This document shows positions 18,142 to 27,409 of a DNA stretch of 64,000 nucleotides, one piece after another (position 1 is the stretch's first letter; every line of letters starts with the position of its first letter). Where the stretch lies: positions 5,344,001-5,408,000 of the forward strand of contig OZ252299.1 in the NCBI GenBank assembly GCA_965250285.1, given 5' to 3'. A program made the translations under genes and the position numbers. This DNA comes from Myxococcota bacterium. Lineage in GTDB: Bacteria; Myxococcota_A; UBA9160; UBA4427. The notes beneath the pieces are model-generated. The model did no database searches and was not told where the DNA came from. It was given only the letters and a program-made list of their open reading frames with translations.

Positions 18142-19179
18142 TCAGCCCGCATCCGGACGGGGTGCTTCGAACGGACGCCGCGGCTCGCCGCGCTCACCGG
18201 CGAGCGTCGCCAGCTGGTGCCAGGCGTAACCTCGGCTCATGCCGTCGAGCAGCGCGCGTTCATCGACCTGCGCGCGGGCGCGCCATGCCGTCCGAGCCGC
18301 CCGGGTCTCACGACGTCCGCGCAGCGCATCGCGCATCGCACGCAGCTTGGCCCCGATGAAGCGCGGCCCCTTGAGCAGCGTGTAGCCGATCATCATGAGC
18401 TCGGTCAGCGCGAGCATCGGCGCGATGCGCGTGCGGCCGCGCGACCCCAGCGCGGTCGCGAGCAGCCACCAGCGGTTGCGCTCGAGCAGGTAGAGCTTGT
18501 CGGGGTGCATCGAGAGCCGATAGGCGTGCCGCATCGCCGACTGCGGAACGCAGGCCATGGCGTACCCCATCGAGCGCAGTGCCCACGAGAGGCGCACGTC
18601 CTCGTGGTAGAGAAAACCGCGCTCGTCGAGCCCGCCGAGTCGCAACAGCACGTCGCGCCGGCACACGAGCGCCGCGCCCTGCACGCCCGCGACCTCGAAC
18701 GGCGCTTGGGGCACGGCGCTTCGAGAGAGGCCCAGACCGCGGTTGAAGGCGAGGCCCGAGACGTTCAGGTCGAGTCCGGTTGCGTTCACGCGCTCGCCAT
18801 CCTCGAGCAGCAGCAGCGGATTCACGGCGGCGACCTCGGGATGGGCATCGAGGTGCGCGACCAGGGGAGCGAGCCAGCCCGGCTCGGCCTCGAGATCCAT
18901 GTTGAAGAGGCCGACGTAGTGGCCAGCACAGCGGTCGAGCACCAGATTGAGGGCGCCGGCATACCCGAGGTTGACCGGGCTCGCGACGACCTCGACGTCG
19001 TCGCGGTCGGCGGCGAAGGCGCGCATGGCGTCGAGGCTTCCGTCGTCCGACGCGTTGTCGACGGCAAAGACTTCGACGTCGACGCCGGGAGCGGCGACGA
19101 GCGACGCGAGGCAGGCGATGATCCGCCCCGACCCCTGATGGTTGACGACGACGAGGGAGACCGCCGGCGCGTCGCTCAA
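18142..19179 (-). CDS. Glycosyltransferase family 2
   Basis: VDNASDDGS, NLGYAGALN, FLYHEDV; TTG start overlapping the upstream stop. Confidence 0.85.
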   Translation of the reverse strand: MSDAPAVSLVVVNHQGSGRIIACLASLVAAPGVDVEVFAVDNASDDGSLDAMRAFAADRDDVEVVASPVNLGYAGALNLVLDRCAGHYVGLFNMDLEAEPGWLAPLVAHLDAHPEVAAVNPLLLLEDGERVNATGLDLNVSGLAFNRGLGLSRSAVPQAPFEVAGVQGAALVCRRDVLLRLGGLDERGFLYHEDVRLSWALRSMGYAMACVPQSAMRHAYRLSMHPDKLYLLERNRWWLLATALGSRGRTRIAPMLALTELMMIGYTLLKGPRFIGAKLRAMRDALRGRRETRAARTAWRARAQVDERALLDGMSRGYAWHQLATLAGERGEPRRPFEAPRPDAG

Positions 19180-20153
19180 CGGCCGCGCTTTCGAATCAGC
19201 GCCGCGAGCTCGACGGCGCGCCGATTGATCGACGAGAGCAGCACGCCGAGCGAGAGCGAGAGGGCTGCCAGAATGAAGAACGCGGCGGCGAGCACTGCCC
19301 GGGGCAGGTGGTGGACGAAGCCCGTGCGGACGTAGTCGTCGATGGGCGCCCAGCCGCTCGAGAGCGAGGCCAGGGTCAGCAGCAGCGTGAGCAGGCCGAA
19401 GAACGCCATCGGTCGGTAGTCGCGAAAGAGGATCATGATCTCGCGGGCGATGTGGAACCCGTCGTGGAACGTCCGCAGCTTGCTGTGACTCTCGTTCGCC
19501 CGCGCCCGGTACTCGACCGGGATCTCGATGACCTGGAAGCCGTGCACTTGCGCCTGCACCGAGATCTCGGCCTCGACGTCGAACCCCGTCGCGACGAGCG
19601 GTGTGGTGTCGAGGAAACGCTTCGAGAGCACCCGGTAGCCGCTGAAGAGGTCGCGCGTGCGGATACCAAAGAGCAGGCGCACGAGCGCGATGAAGAGCCG
19701 GTTGCCGACCGAGTGCCCCGGCCGGAACGCCTCCGGTGCGTCGACCTCGAGGCGGGTGCCGATCACGACATCGGCGTTCGACTCGATGGCTGCCTGGAGC
19801 AGGTCGCCGACGCAGTCGGCGGGGTACGTGTCGTCGCCGTCGACCATGACGACGTGGTCGGCGTTGGCCACCGCGGCGAAGCCGGTCAACAGCGCGAAGC
19901 CCTTGCCGACCCGCGATTCGTGCAGCACGCGCGCGCCCGCGCGGGCCGCGTCGTCGGCGGTGTCGTCGGTCGACGCATTGTCGACCACGACGATGTCGGC
20001 GTCCGGCAGCGCCGCGCGAAAGCCGTGGATCACACGGGCGATGCTCGTCGCCTCGTTGTGACACGGGATCACGACGGCGACGCGACTCGGGCTCGTCTCC
20101 GGCTCGGCCGGAGACGCCGGATCGCCCACGAGCTGATGCCCAGCCTCGGCCAT
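19176..20153 (-). CDS. GT2 polyprenol-phosphate glycosyltransferase-like protein with 2 C-terminal TM helices
   Basis: IPCHNEA, VDNASTDDT, MVDGDDTY, DLFSGYR. Confidence 0.9.
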   Translation of the reverse strand: MAEAGHQLVGDPASPAEPETSPSRVAVVIPCHNEATSIARVIHGFRAALPDADIVVVDNASTDDTADDAARAGARVLHESRVGKGFALLTGFAAVANADHVVMVDGDDTYPADCVGDLLQAAIESNADVVIGTRLEVDAPEAFRPGHSVGNRLFIALVRLLFGIRTRDLFSGYRVLSKRFLDTTPLVATGFDVEAEISVQAQVHGFQVIEIPVEYRARANESHSKLRTFHDGFHIAREIMILFRDYRPMAFFGLLTLLLTLASLSSGWAPIDDYVRTGFVHHLPRAVLAAAFFILAALSLSLGVLLSSINRRAVELAALIRKRGR

Positions 20154-20329
20154 GGCGAGAGTCTACCGCGCGCCGAGGGCGAAGGCGTCCGTTTCGGCCC
20201 GCGTGCGGCTCGTGACGACACCCGAGCTGCAAGCGGCCTGCATAGTTGGCGTCGCGCTGCACTCGGCTGCACAGCCCCCGCGCCCCGGGTGATAGAGTGG
20301 CGCGAGGTGTCGGCGACGGGGAGCGGCTG

Positions 20330-21394
20330 ATGGAAGTCGGGATCCTGCAGATCTTTCAGAACTACCGGGGCACGAAGGACGACCACCAGGTCGTGCAGGA
20401 CGAGCTGCACCTGGCGATTCGGGCCGACGAGCTCGGCTTCGACAAGGTGTGGGCGGTCGAGCACCACTTCAGCGATTACGCCGCGTGCCCCGACAACTTC
20501 ACGTACCTCGCGATGGTCGCCGGTCAGACCGAGCGCGTGAAGCTGGGCACCGGCGCCGTGATCCTGCCCTGGAACGACCCCTTGCGTGTGGCCGAGAAGA
20601 TCTCGTTTCTCGATCACCTCTCGAACGGGCGACTGGTCGTCGGTCTCGGCCGCGGCCTCTCGCGCATCGAGTACGGACACTTCGGGATCGACATGGGCGA
20701 GAGTCGCGAGCGCTTCGACGAGGCGGCGCGCATGGTCATCGACGCACTCGAGACGGGCGTGATCGAGGGCGATGGCCCCTTCTATCCCCAGGTGCGCACC
20801 GAGATCCGGCCGCGGCCGCGGGGCGGCATTCGCGACCGACTCTATTGCGTGGGCATGTCGCCCGACTCGGTCGACCAGGCGGCGCTGCTCGGCGGTCGCC
20901 TCACCACGTTCACGCAGTCGCTGTGGGAGCTGTACAAGGACGGCCCGCTCAAACAGTGGCGCGAGCTCTACCAGAAGACCCACGGCGTCGCGCCGCCGCC
21001 GCCGCTGACGGGCGATCTGATGTACTGCCACCCCGATCGGTCCGTCGCCAAAGAGCGCGGCATCGAGCTGATGACGAACTACTTTCTCACGATCGTGAAG
21101 CACTACGAGATCATGAGCGATCACTTCGAGCACACGAAGGGCTACGACGCATACGCCAGCGCGGCCGAGGCCTTCGAGGCCGTCGGCCTCGAGACGGCGG
21201 CCCGCACCTATTGCGGCGTGAACTCGTGGGGCGACCCCGGACGCTTGATCGAGCAGCTCAGGTGGCGGCGCGAACTCATCGGCGACTTCGAGCTGAACGT
21301 GATCTCGAACTACGGCGGGATGCCCCGCGACGAGGCCGAGGCGAGCCTCGAGCTCTTCGCCCGCGAGGTGCTGCCCGAGGTGCAGAGCTGGTAG
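20330..21394 (+). CDS. LLM class flavin-dependent oxidoreductase
   Basis: ADELGFDKVWAVEHHF; PLRVAE; DHLSNGR. Confidence 0.9.
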   Translation: MEVGILQIFQNYRGTKDDHQVVQDELHLAIRADELGFDKVWAVEHHFSDYAACPDNFTYLAMVAGQTERVKLGTGAVILPWNDPLRVAEKISFLDHLSNGRLVVGLGRGLSRIEYGHFGIDMGESRERFDEAARMVIDALETGVIEGDGPFYPQVRTEIRPRPRGGIRDRLYCVGMSPDSVDQAALLGGRLTTFTQSLWELYKDGPLKQWRELYQKTHGVAPPPPLTGDLMYCHPDRSVAKERGIELMTNYFLTIVKHYEIMSDHFEHTKGYDAYASAAEAFEAVGLETAARTYCGVNSWGDPGRLIEQLRWRRELIGDFELNVISNYGGMPRDEAEASLELFAREVLPEVQSW

Positions 21395-21506
21395 CCCCTG
21401 GGCTGGGCGTCTGATCGGCCGCCCCGTGTGCGCGCGCAGCGGCTCTTGGCCGCGCGCGCAGCGGGCATTGGGCAGCCGCGCGGGCCCGCGGTATACCTCC
21501 ACGGCC

Positions 21507-22157
21507 ATGCCTGACGACCCCCGCCCCGAAGCGCGCCGCAAGGCGCCGAAACGCACGAAGCACCCCGAGATTCACTGCAACCTCGCGCTCATCGGCGGCC
21601 GGGGCTGCGGCAAGACCTCGATCTCGAAGCGCATTGCGCTCGCGAACCGCGGCTTTCAGTTCTTCTCGACCGACGCGCTGATTCGGTACGAGGCGGGCGG
21701 GCAAACGATCCCCGAGATCGTTGAAGCGCACGGTTGGCGTCGCTTTCGCGATCTCGAGTTCGAGGTGCTCGACAAGCTCGTGAAGATGCGCAGCGGCGTG
21801 TTGCTCGATTGCGGCGGCGGCATCACCGTCGATCTCGACGAGCAGGGCGACGAGATCTTCAGCGAGCGCAAGGTCGAGCGACTGCGCGCCGACAGCATCG
21901 TCGTCTATCTCAAGCGCGATCATCAGTTTCTGGCCGACAAGATCGCGGGCGACACGAATCGGCCCGACCTGTCAGAGACGAAGTCGTTCCTCGAGATCAT
22001 GGCGCGGCGCGAGCCCTGGTACGTGCAGGCTGCGCATCACGTCGTCGAATGCGGCGACGCGTCGAAGAACGAGATCGCGACCGAGATTCTCAAGATCTTC
22101 TACCACGAGAACGGTCACGATCTCTCGAAGGTGAAGCTCAAGCCGATCGACGCCTGA
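21507..22157 (+). CDS. aroK: Shikimate kinase
   Basis: GGRGCGKT P-loop; GWRRFRDLE; DCGGG; RP motif; RREPWY. Confidence 0.8.
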   Translation: MPDDPRPEARRKAPKRTKHPEIHCNLALIGGRGCGKTSISKRIALANRGFQFFSTDALIRYEAGGQTIPEIVEAHGWRRFRDLEFEVLDKLVKMRSGVLLDCGGGITVDLDEQGDEIFSERKVERLRADSIVVYLKRDHQFLADKIAGDTNRPDLSETKSFLEIMARREPWYVQAAHHVVECGDASKNEIATEILKIFYHENGHDLSKVKLKPIDA

Positions 22158-22182
22158 GCGCCGACGCGCGACGAGGAGCCTC

Positions 22183-22896
22183 ATGTCCGAGCTGGGTGAT
22201 CGCCCTGGAAGACTCGGCCGCACGCTCGCGGCGATGGTGGTGCTCGGCCTCTTCTTTCTGGCGACGCGCTGGCTGCGCGATCAGCTCGGGCTCGAGATGT
22301 CGGCCGAGTCGATCCAGGCGACGGTGCGTCGCTTCGGCGTGTGGGCGCCGCTCGGCTATCTCGGGCTCGTGTCGGTGCGCCAGTTTCTGGCCCTGCCTTC
22401 GGTGCTCGTGCTCGGTTCGGCCGGGTTGCTCTTCGGTACCGAGCTCGGCGCGCTGATCGGCGGCGTCGGCATGACGATCAACGCGTTCGTGATGTTCGGG
22501 ATCGCCCGCCATATGGGCGCCGATTGGGTCCGCAAGCGCCTTCATCAACGGTTTCCGAACTTCGAGGATCGCGCGCGTACCGCCGGCCCCTTCGTGATCG
22601 CGCTGGCGACGGGGCATCCGATGGGTCCGCAGACGGCGTTCCACTTCGGAGCCGGCGTCACGCCGATTCGAGCCTTCGTCTTCGGCCTGGTCGTCCTGCC
22701 AGCCGCGCTCTTTCGGGCCACCTGCTACGCCTACCTCGGCGCTCACATCCTCGAACCGACGTCGCCGAAGTTCTGGTTGACGAGCCTGCTCCTCATCGTG
22801 CTCTCGGTGGCGCCGCTCGCGCACCGGGGGCTGCGTGAGCGGCTCTTCGGCCGCACGCCGGCGCGGCCCGCCGTGCCGCTGCCGAGCGACGACTGA
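22183..22896 (+). CDS. TVP38/TMEM64 (DedA/VTT) family membrane protein
   Basis: FGVWAPLGY...LPS...AGLLFG...FGIAR; multiple TM segments. Confidence 0.8.
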   Translation: MSELGDRPGRLGRTLAAMVVLGLFFLATRWLRDQLGLEMSAESIQATVRRFGVWAPLGYLGLVSVRQFLALPSVLVLGSAGLLFGTELGALIGGVGMTINAFVMFGIARHMGADWVRKRLHQRFPNFEDRARTAGPFVIALATGHPMGPQTAFHFGAGVTPIRAFVFGLVVLPAALFRATCYAYLGAHILEPTSPKFWLTSLLLIVLSVAPLAHRGLRERLFGRTPARPAVPLPSDD

Positions 22897-22910
22897 TCGG
22901 GCGATCCGCC

Positions 22911-24800
22911 GTGGGCTACATCCGCAATCTCGACGGACTTCGGGCGCTCGCGATCGCGGCGGTGCTCGTGTTCCACCTCTCCGAAGCCGTGCTGCCGGGC
23001 GGCTTCGTCGGCGTCGACATGTTCTTCGTGATCTCGGGCTTCATCATCACCCGGGGTCTGTGCGCGAGTGAGGGCGACTTCTCGCTGCGCACGTTCTACG
23101 CCCGACGCATCGCGCGGCTTCTGCCCGCCGCGATGGTGACGCTCGCCGTCACGCTCTTCGCGAGCGTCTGGCTGCTCGGGCCGGTCGATCGGGTACACGT
23201 GGCCGATACGGCCATCGCCGCGGTCTTCCTCGTCTCGAACATGTTCTTCTCGTCGCATGCCGGCTACTTCGACGATGTGCTCGCCGGCAACCCGCTCCTG
23301 CACTTCTGGTCGCTCAGCGTCGAAGAGCAGTTCTACCTCTTCTGGCCTCTGCTGATCCTCGGGCTCGCGCGACTCGGGCGGGCACGCGCCGCTCGCTGGG
23401 TGCTCGGGCTGACCGTCTTCTCGACCGCCGTGGCGGCCGGGTTCGCGGCGCTCGAGCCCGTGATCTTCTTCTACGCCACGCTGATGCGTGCCTTTCAGTT
23501 CCTGCTGGGCGCCTGCCTCGTCTACTGGCCCGCGCGGACCACGAACGCTCCGCTCTCGAACGCAGTCTTCGCGGCTGGCCTCGCGGGCGCGTTCGCCTCG
23601 TTCGGGCTCGCGTCGGGGGCCGACTATGTCTTCGCGACGGCAGCGCTGCTGCCGGCGTTGGCCACCGTGGCGATGATCTACGCGATCGACAGTGTTCTGG
23701 CCGATCTCTGCCTCGGCTCGGCGCCGGTGCGTGCGTTGGGTCGCGCCGCCTACTCGATCTATCTCGTGCACTGGCCGCTGATCGTGTTCTATCGCCTCCG
23801 GTTCGGGGCGATCGACTCGGTCGGTGAGGGCGGCCTGCTCGCGGTCGCGAGCGTGGCGCTGGGTGGGGCGTTGCGGCTCGGCGTCGAGAACCCGCTGCGC
23901 CTGCGGCACGAGGATTCGGTGAAGCGGCGCAAGCTCCGCATTGCGTTCGCGCTCGTGGTGTCGACGCTGTGCGCGGCAATCTACGTCAGCTGGACGAGTG
24001 CACGCGAAGAGATGCCGAGCCTGCGCGTGGCCGGTGCCCCGCGATTGCCGACGGCGGCCGAACTCAACGCAGCCACGCTGGCCCGCCGCCGATCGGCGGC
24101 TTTCACCGACCAATGCCAGCTCTTCGAGTGGGCGTCGCTCGGCAGCCTCGATGTCGATGGCTGTCTCGAAGGCGACGTCCTGCTCATCGGCGACAGCTGG
24201 ATGCCCGACACCCTGATCGCCCTCGAAGCGGCGTTCGACGACGCCCCCGACGCGCCGCGCATCGCGAAGCTCGGCGGGGCCGCCTGCGGTCAGGTGTTGC
24301 CCGAAGCCGTGCGCATGGGCCAGGTGGGGTGCCGCGATCTCGTCGGGCGAAGGCAGCAGGCAATGACCGACCGGCGCTACCGCGCGATCGTGCTGGCGGT
24401 GAATTGGCGGGGGGTTCGGGAGCGCGATCTGCGGCCGGCCTTCGACGCGCTGCGCGCGACGGGCCAGAAGATCGTGATCCTGTCGGATCGCCCCTACTTC
24501 GAGGCGAAGGTGCCGACCCTGCTCGGCGCGCTCCCCGCCGAGAGCGTGCTGGCCGAAGCCGACCTGACTCCCCATCTCGAGCCGCGGGCCGAGGCGCACG
24601 CGGCGGCCATGCGGCGCGTCGTGGCCGACTACCCCGAGTTCGTGTTCGTCGACCAGCGCGAGGTGCTGTGCCCGGGCGCGTGCCCGGCGTTCACACCGGA
24701 CGGGGCGCTGCTCTACCTCGACCGAAGCCACCTCACGGTCGAGGGCGCGCAGTACCTCGGGCGCACGCTGCGTGACGAGCTGAGAAGTGCGGTCGAATAG
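22911..24800 (+). CDS. Acyltransferase-3 + SGNH domain O-acetyltransferase (OafA-like)
   Basis: DGLRALA, GVDMFFVISGF, HFWSLSVEEQFY, GDS and DxxH (DRSHL). Confidence 0.9.
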   Translation: MGYIRNLDGLRALAIAAVLVFHLSEAVLPGGFVGVDMFFVISGFIITRGLCASEGDFSLRTFYARRIARLLPAAMVTLAVTLFASVWLLGPVDRVHVADTAIAAVFLVSNMFFSSHAGYFDDVLAGNPLLHFWSLSVEEQFYLFWPLLILGLARLGRARAARWVLGLTVFSTAVAAGFAALEPVIFFYATLMRAFQFLLGACLVYWPARTTNAPLSNAVFAAGLAGAFASFGLASGADYVFATAALLPALATVAMIYAIDSVLADLCLGSAPVRALGRAAYSIYLVHWPLIVFYRLRFGAIDSVGEGGLLAVASVALGGALRLGVENPLRLRHEDSVKRRKLRIAFALVVSTLCAAIYVSWTSAREEMPSLRVAGAPRLPTAAELNAATLARRRSAAFTDQCQLFEWASLGSLDVDGCLEGDVLLIGDSWMPDTLIALEAAFDDAPDAPRIAKLGGAACGQVLPEAVRMGQVGCRDLVGRRQQAMTDRRYRAIVLAVNWRGVRERDLRPAFDALRATGQKIVILSDRPYFEAKVPTLLGALPAESVLAEADLTPHLEPRAEAHAAAMRRVVADYPEFVFVDQREVLCPGACPAFTPDGALLYLDRSHLTVEGAQYLGRTLRDELRSAVE

Positions 24801-24853
24801 AGGCGCGCTTGCCGTTCACGACCGGGGCGCGGGAGCGCCCCGGTCGGCTCGAC

Positions 24854-26005
24854 TCAGTCGACCGTCGCGAAGCGATCCTGGCCCTGGAAGCGGCCGACGT
24901 GGAAGTCGGCGTCGCCGAAGAGCCCCTGCAGCACCCGGACGCGCTTGAAGAAGAGGCCTTCGTCCTGCTCGTCGGTCACGCCGATGCCGCCGAAGAGCTG
25001 AATGGCGTTCTCCTGAACGAACCAGCCGCCATGGGTGAGCTGCCGCTTGGCGGCCGAAACCTCGGCCTTTCGCAGCTCGGCGTCATCGCTGTCGGCCTCG
25101 ATGGCGGCCAGCATCGACACCGACTTGCAGAGCTCGACCTCGGCGTACATGTCGGCCGCCTTGTGCTGCAGCGCCTGGAACGTGCCGATGGGCACGCCGA
25201 ACTGCTCGCGCTGCTTGAGGTAGGCCACCGTGCGCTCGAAGAGCTCGGCGAGCTCGCCCTGGGCCTCGGCGCACGCCGCCGCTGCGCCGCGGTCGACGGC
25301 CCACTCGAGCGCCTCGAAGCCTTCGCCTTCGGCGCCGAGCAGTCGGTCGGCGCCGACTTTCACGCCCGAGAGCTCGACGAGCCCCGACTTTTGGCCGTCC
25401 ATGCCCGGGACGCTCACGCGCCGCACGCCCTCGGCTTCACCGTCGACGATGAAGAGCGAGAGGCCGGCCGCGTCGGTGTCGCCCCCCGACGTGCGGGCCG
25501 CGACGATCACCTGGTCGGCCGCGTGACCGTTCAGCACCCAGACCTTCGTGCCGTCGAGCACCCAGCCGTCGCCGTCTGCCTGGGCGGTCGTGCGGCAGTC
25601 AGCGAGGTCGTATCGGCTCTGGCGTTCGCTGTACGCCAGCGCCAGTGAGGTCTCTCCGGCGATCATCGGCGTCAGGTACGCCTCGCGCTGAGCGTCGGTG
25701 CCGAACTTGGTGAGCAGCCCACCCGCGAGCACGACGCTCGCGATGTAGGGCTCGGGGACGAGACCGCGACCCAGCTGTTCGAGGATCAGCGCGACGTCCA
25801 CGAAGGTGCCGCCGTAGCCGCCCAGCTCCTCGGGCACTTCGACGCCGAGCCAGCCGTACTCGCCCATCGCCTTCCAGACGCTCTTCTCCCAGCCGATCTC
25901 GTTCTCTCGCAGCTTGCGGAACCGTTCGACGGGCGAGTCGTTCGAGACGAACTTCTGCACCGCGTCGACGATCATCTCCTGCTCTTCCGAAAGATCGAAG
26001 TTCAT
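24854..26005 (-). CDS. Acyl-CoA dehydrogenase family protein (PimD/ChsE-type partner subunit)
   Basis: REQFGVPIGTFQALQH; QLFGGIGVT; LFGDADFH. Confidence 0.9.
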   Translation of the reverse strand: MNFDLSEEQEMIVDAVQKFVSNDSPVERFRKLRENEIGWEKSVWKAMGEYGWLGVEVPEELGGYGGTFVDVALILEQLGRGLVPEPYIASVVLAGGLLTKFGTDAQREAYLTPMIAGETSLALAYSERQSRYDLADCRTTAQADGDGWVLDGTKVWVLNGHAADQVIVAARTSGGDTDAAGLSLFIVDGEAEGVRRVSVPGMDGQKSGLVELSGVKVGADRLLGAEGEGFEALEWAVDRGAAAACAEAQGELAELFERTVAYLKQREQFGVPIGTFQALQHKAADMYAEVELCKSVSMLAAIEADSDDAELRKAEVSAAKRQLTHGGWFVQENAIQLFGGIGVTDEQDEGLFFKRVRVLQGLFGDADFHVGRFQGQDRFATVD

Positions 26006-26014
26006 GGGGGCCTC

Positions 26015-27205
26015 CTACTTGTTCATGGGGAGGCCGAGCACGGCCTTCGCGATGATGTTGCGCTGCACCTCGTTCGATCCGCCGTAGATCGTCGTCGCGC
26101 GCAGGTAGTTGAATTCGCTGCCGATCCACTGCTCGTGGGCCGGCACGGCCTCTTCGGGTGCGTTCTGCCAGCCCATGGCACCCGCGCCGCGGGCGTCCAT
26201 CGCGAGCTCGGTGATCTCCTGGTAGAGCTCGGTGCCCACCAGCTTGAGGATCGAGCTCTCGGGGCCCGGTGCGCGTCCGACCTGGGCAGTGGCGAGATTG
26301 CGGAGGTTCGCCATCGACACCGCGCGGTAGCGCATCTCGAGCTCGGCGATGCGGCGTCGGAACGCCGGATCTTCGAAGAGCGTGCCATCGCCCACCGGTG
26401 TGTCGCGGGCGAGCCGCTTGCACAGGTTCAGCCAGCGACCGCTCTCGGCGATGCCGCCGATCAGCGTGCGCTCGTGGCCGAGCAGCGCCTTCGCCATCGA
26501 CCAGCCGCCGTTCTCGGGGCCGACGAGGTTCTCGACCGGCACCCGCGCATCCTGGAACCACGTCTCCGAGAACGCGTCGGTGCCGCCCGTCGTCAGGAAG
26601 GGCTTCACGTCGATGCCGTCCGTGTTGTGGATGTCGGCGAGCAGGAACGAGATGCCCTCCTGCTTCTTGCCCTCGGTGCTCGTACGCGCGAGGACGAAGA
26701 TCCAGTCGGCGTTCTGTGCGTACGTCGTCCACGTCTTCTGGCCGTTCAGGACGTAGTGGTCGCCGTCCTTCTCGGCGCGCAGCTGAAGTGCGGCGAGGTC
26801 ACTGCCGGCGTTCGGCTCCGAGTAGCCCTGGCACCAGACCTCTTCACCCGAAAGGATCTTCGGCAGAAAGCGCTGCTTCTGCTCGTCGTTGCCGAACTCG
26901 ATCAGCAGCGGGCCGACCATCGACAGGCCGAACGGCGAGAGCGGCGGCGTGTTCGCGCGCACGGTCTCCGACTGAAAGATGAAGCGCTGGGCGACGTCCC
27001 AGCCGGTACCGCCGACCTTCTCGGGCCAGCCCGGCGCGACCCAACCCTTCTCGTAGAGGATCTTGTGCCACGCCATCGAGTCTTCGTGGGGGAAGTGCGC
27101 GTTGTTCTGCGCCTTCTTCTTCATCTCGGGCGGCATCGCCTCGTTGATCCAGTCCCGCACTTCCTCCTGGAAGGCGTGCTGCTCGGGCGTGAAGGACATG
27201 TCCAT
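26015..27205 (-). CDS. Acyl-CoA dehydrogenase family protein (PimC-type)
   Basis: WCQGYSEPNAGSDLA; NGQKTWT; TIYGGSNEVQRNII. Confidence 0.92.
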   Translation of the reverse strand: MDMSFTPEQHAFQEEVRDWINEAMPPEMKKKAQNNAHFPHEDSMAWHKILYEKGWVAPGWPEKVGGTGWDVAQRFIFQSETVRANTPPLSPFGLSMVGPLLIEFGNDEQKQRFLPKILSGEEVWCQGYSEPNAGSDLAALQLRAEKDGDHYVLNGQKTWTTYAQNADWIFVLARTSTEGKKQEGISFLLADIHNTDGIDVKPFLTTGGTDAFSETWFQDARVPVENLVGPENGGWSMAKALLGHERTLIGGIAESGRWLNLCKRLARDTPVGDGTLFEDPAFRRRIAELEMRYRAVSMANLRNLATAQVGRAPGPESSILKLVGTELYQEITELAMDARGAGAMGWQNAPEEAVPAHEQWIGSEFNYLRATTIYGGSNEVQRNIIAKAVLGLPMNK

Positions 27206-27409
27206 GGGGCGGTCTCCTCGTGATGGATCGAAGCGCGCTGGCTGCAGCGGCGGCGAGGCCGAGGGCGGTCGGCGCGACGAAAGGGCCTGAGGTCGGCAGC
27301 GGAGGCGATGGACGTTCGACTGACATCCATGTCACCGGGCTAGGGAGCATAGCTGCCTGAAACGGGAAAGAGCAGGCTCGATCGGCGGTTCGGTTCGCGT
27401 GCAGATTCG

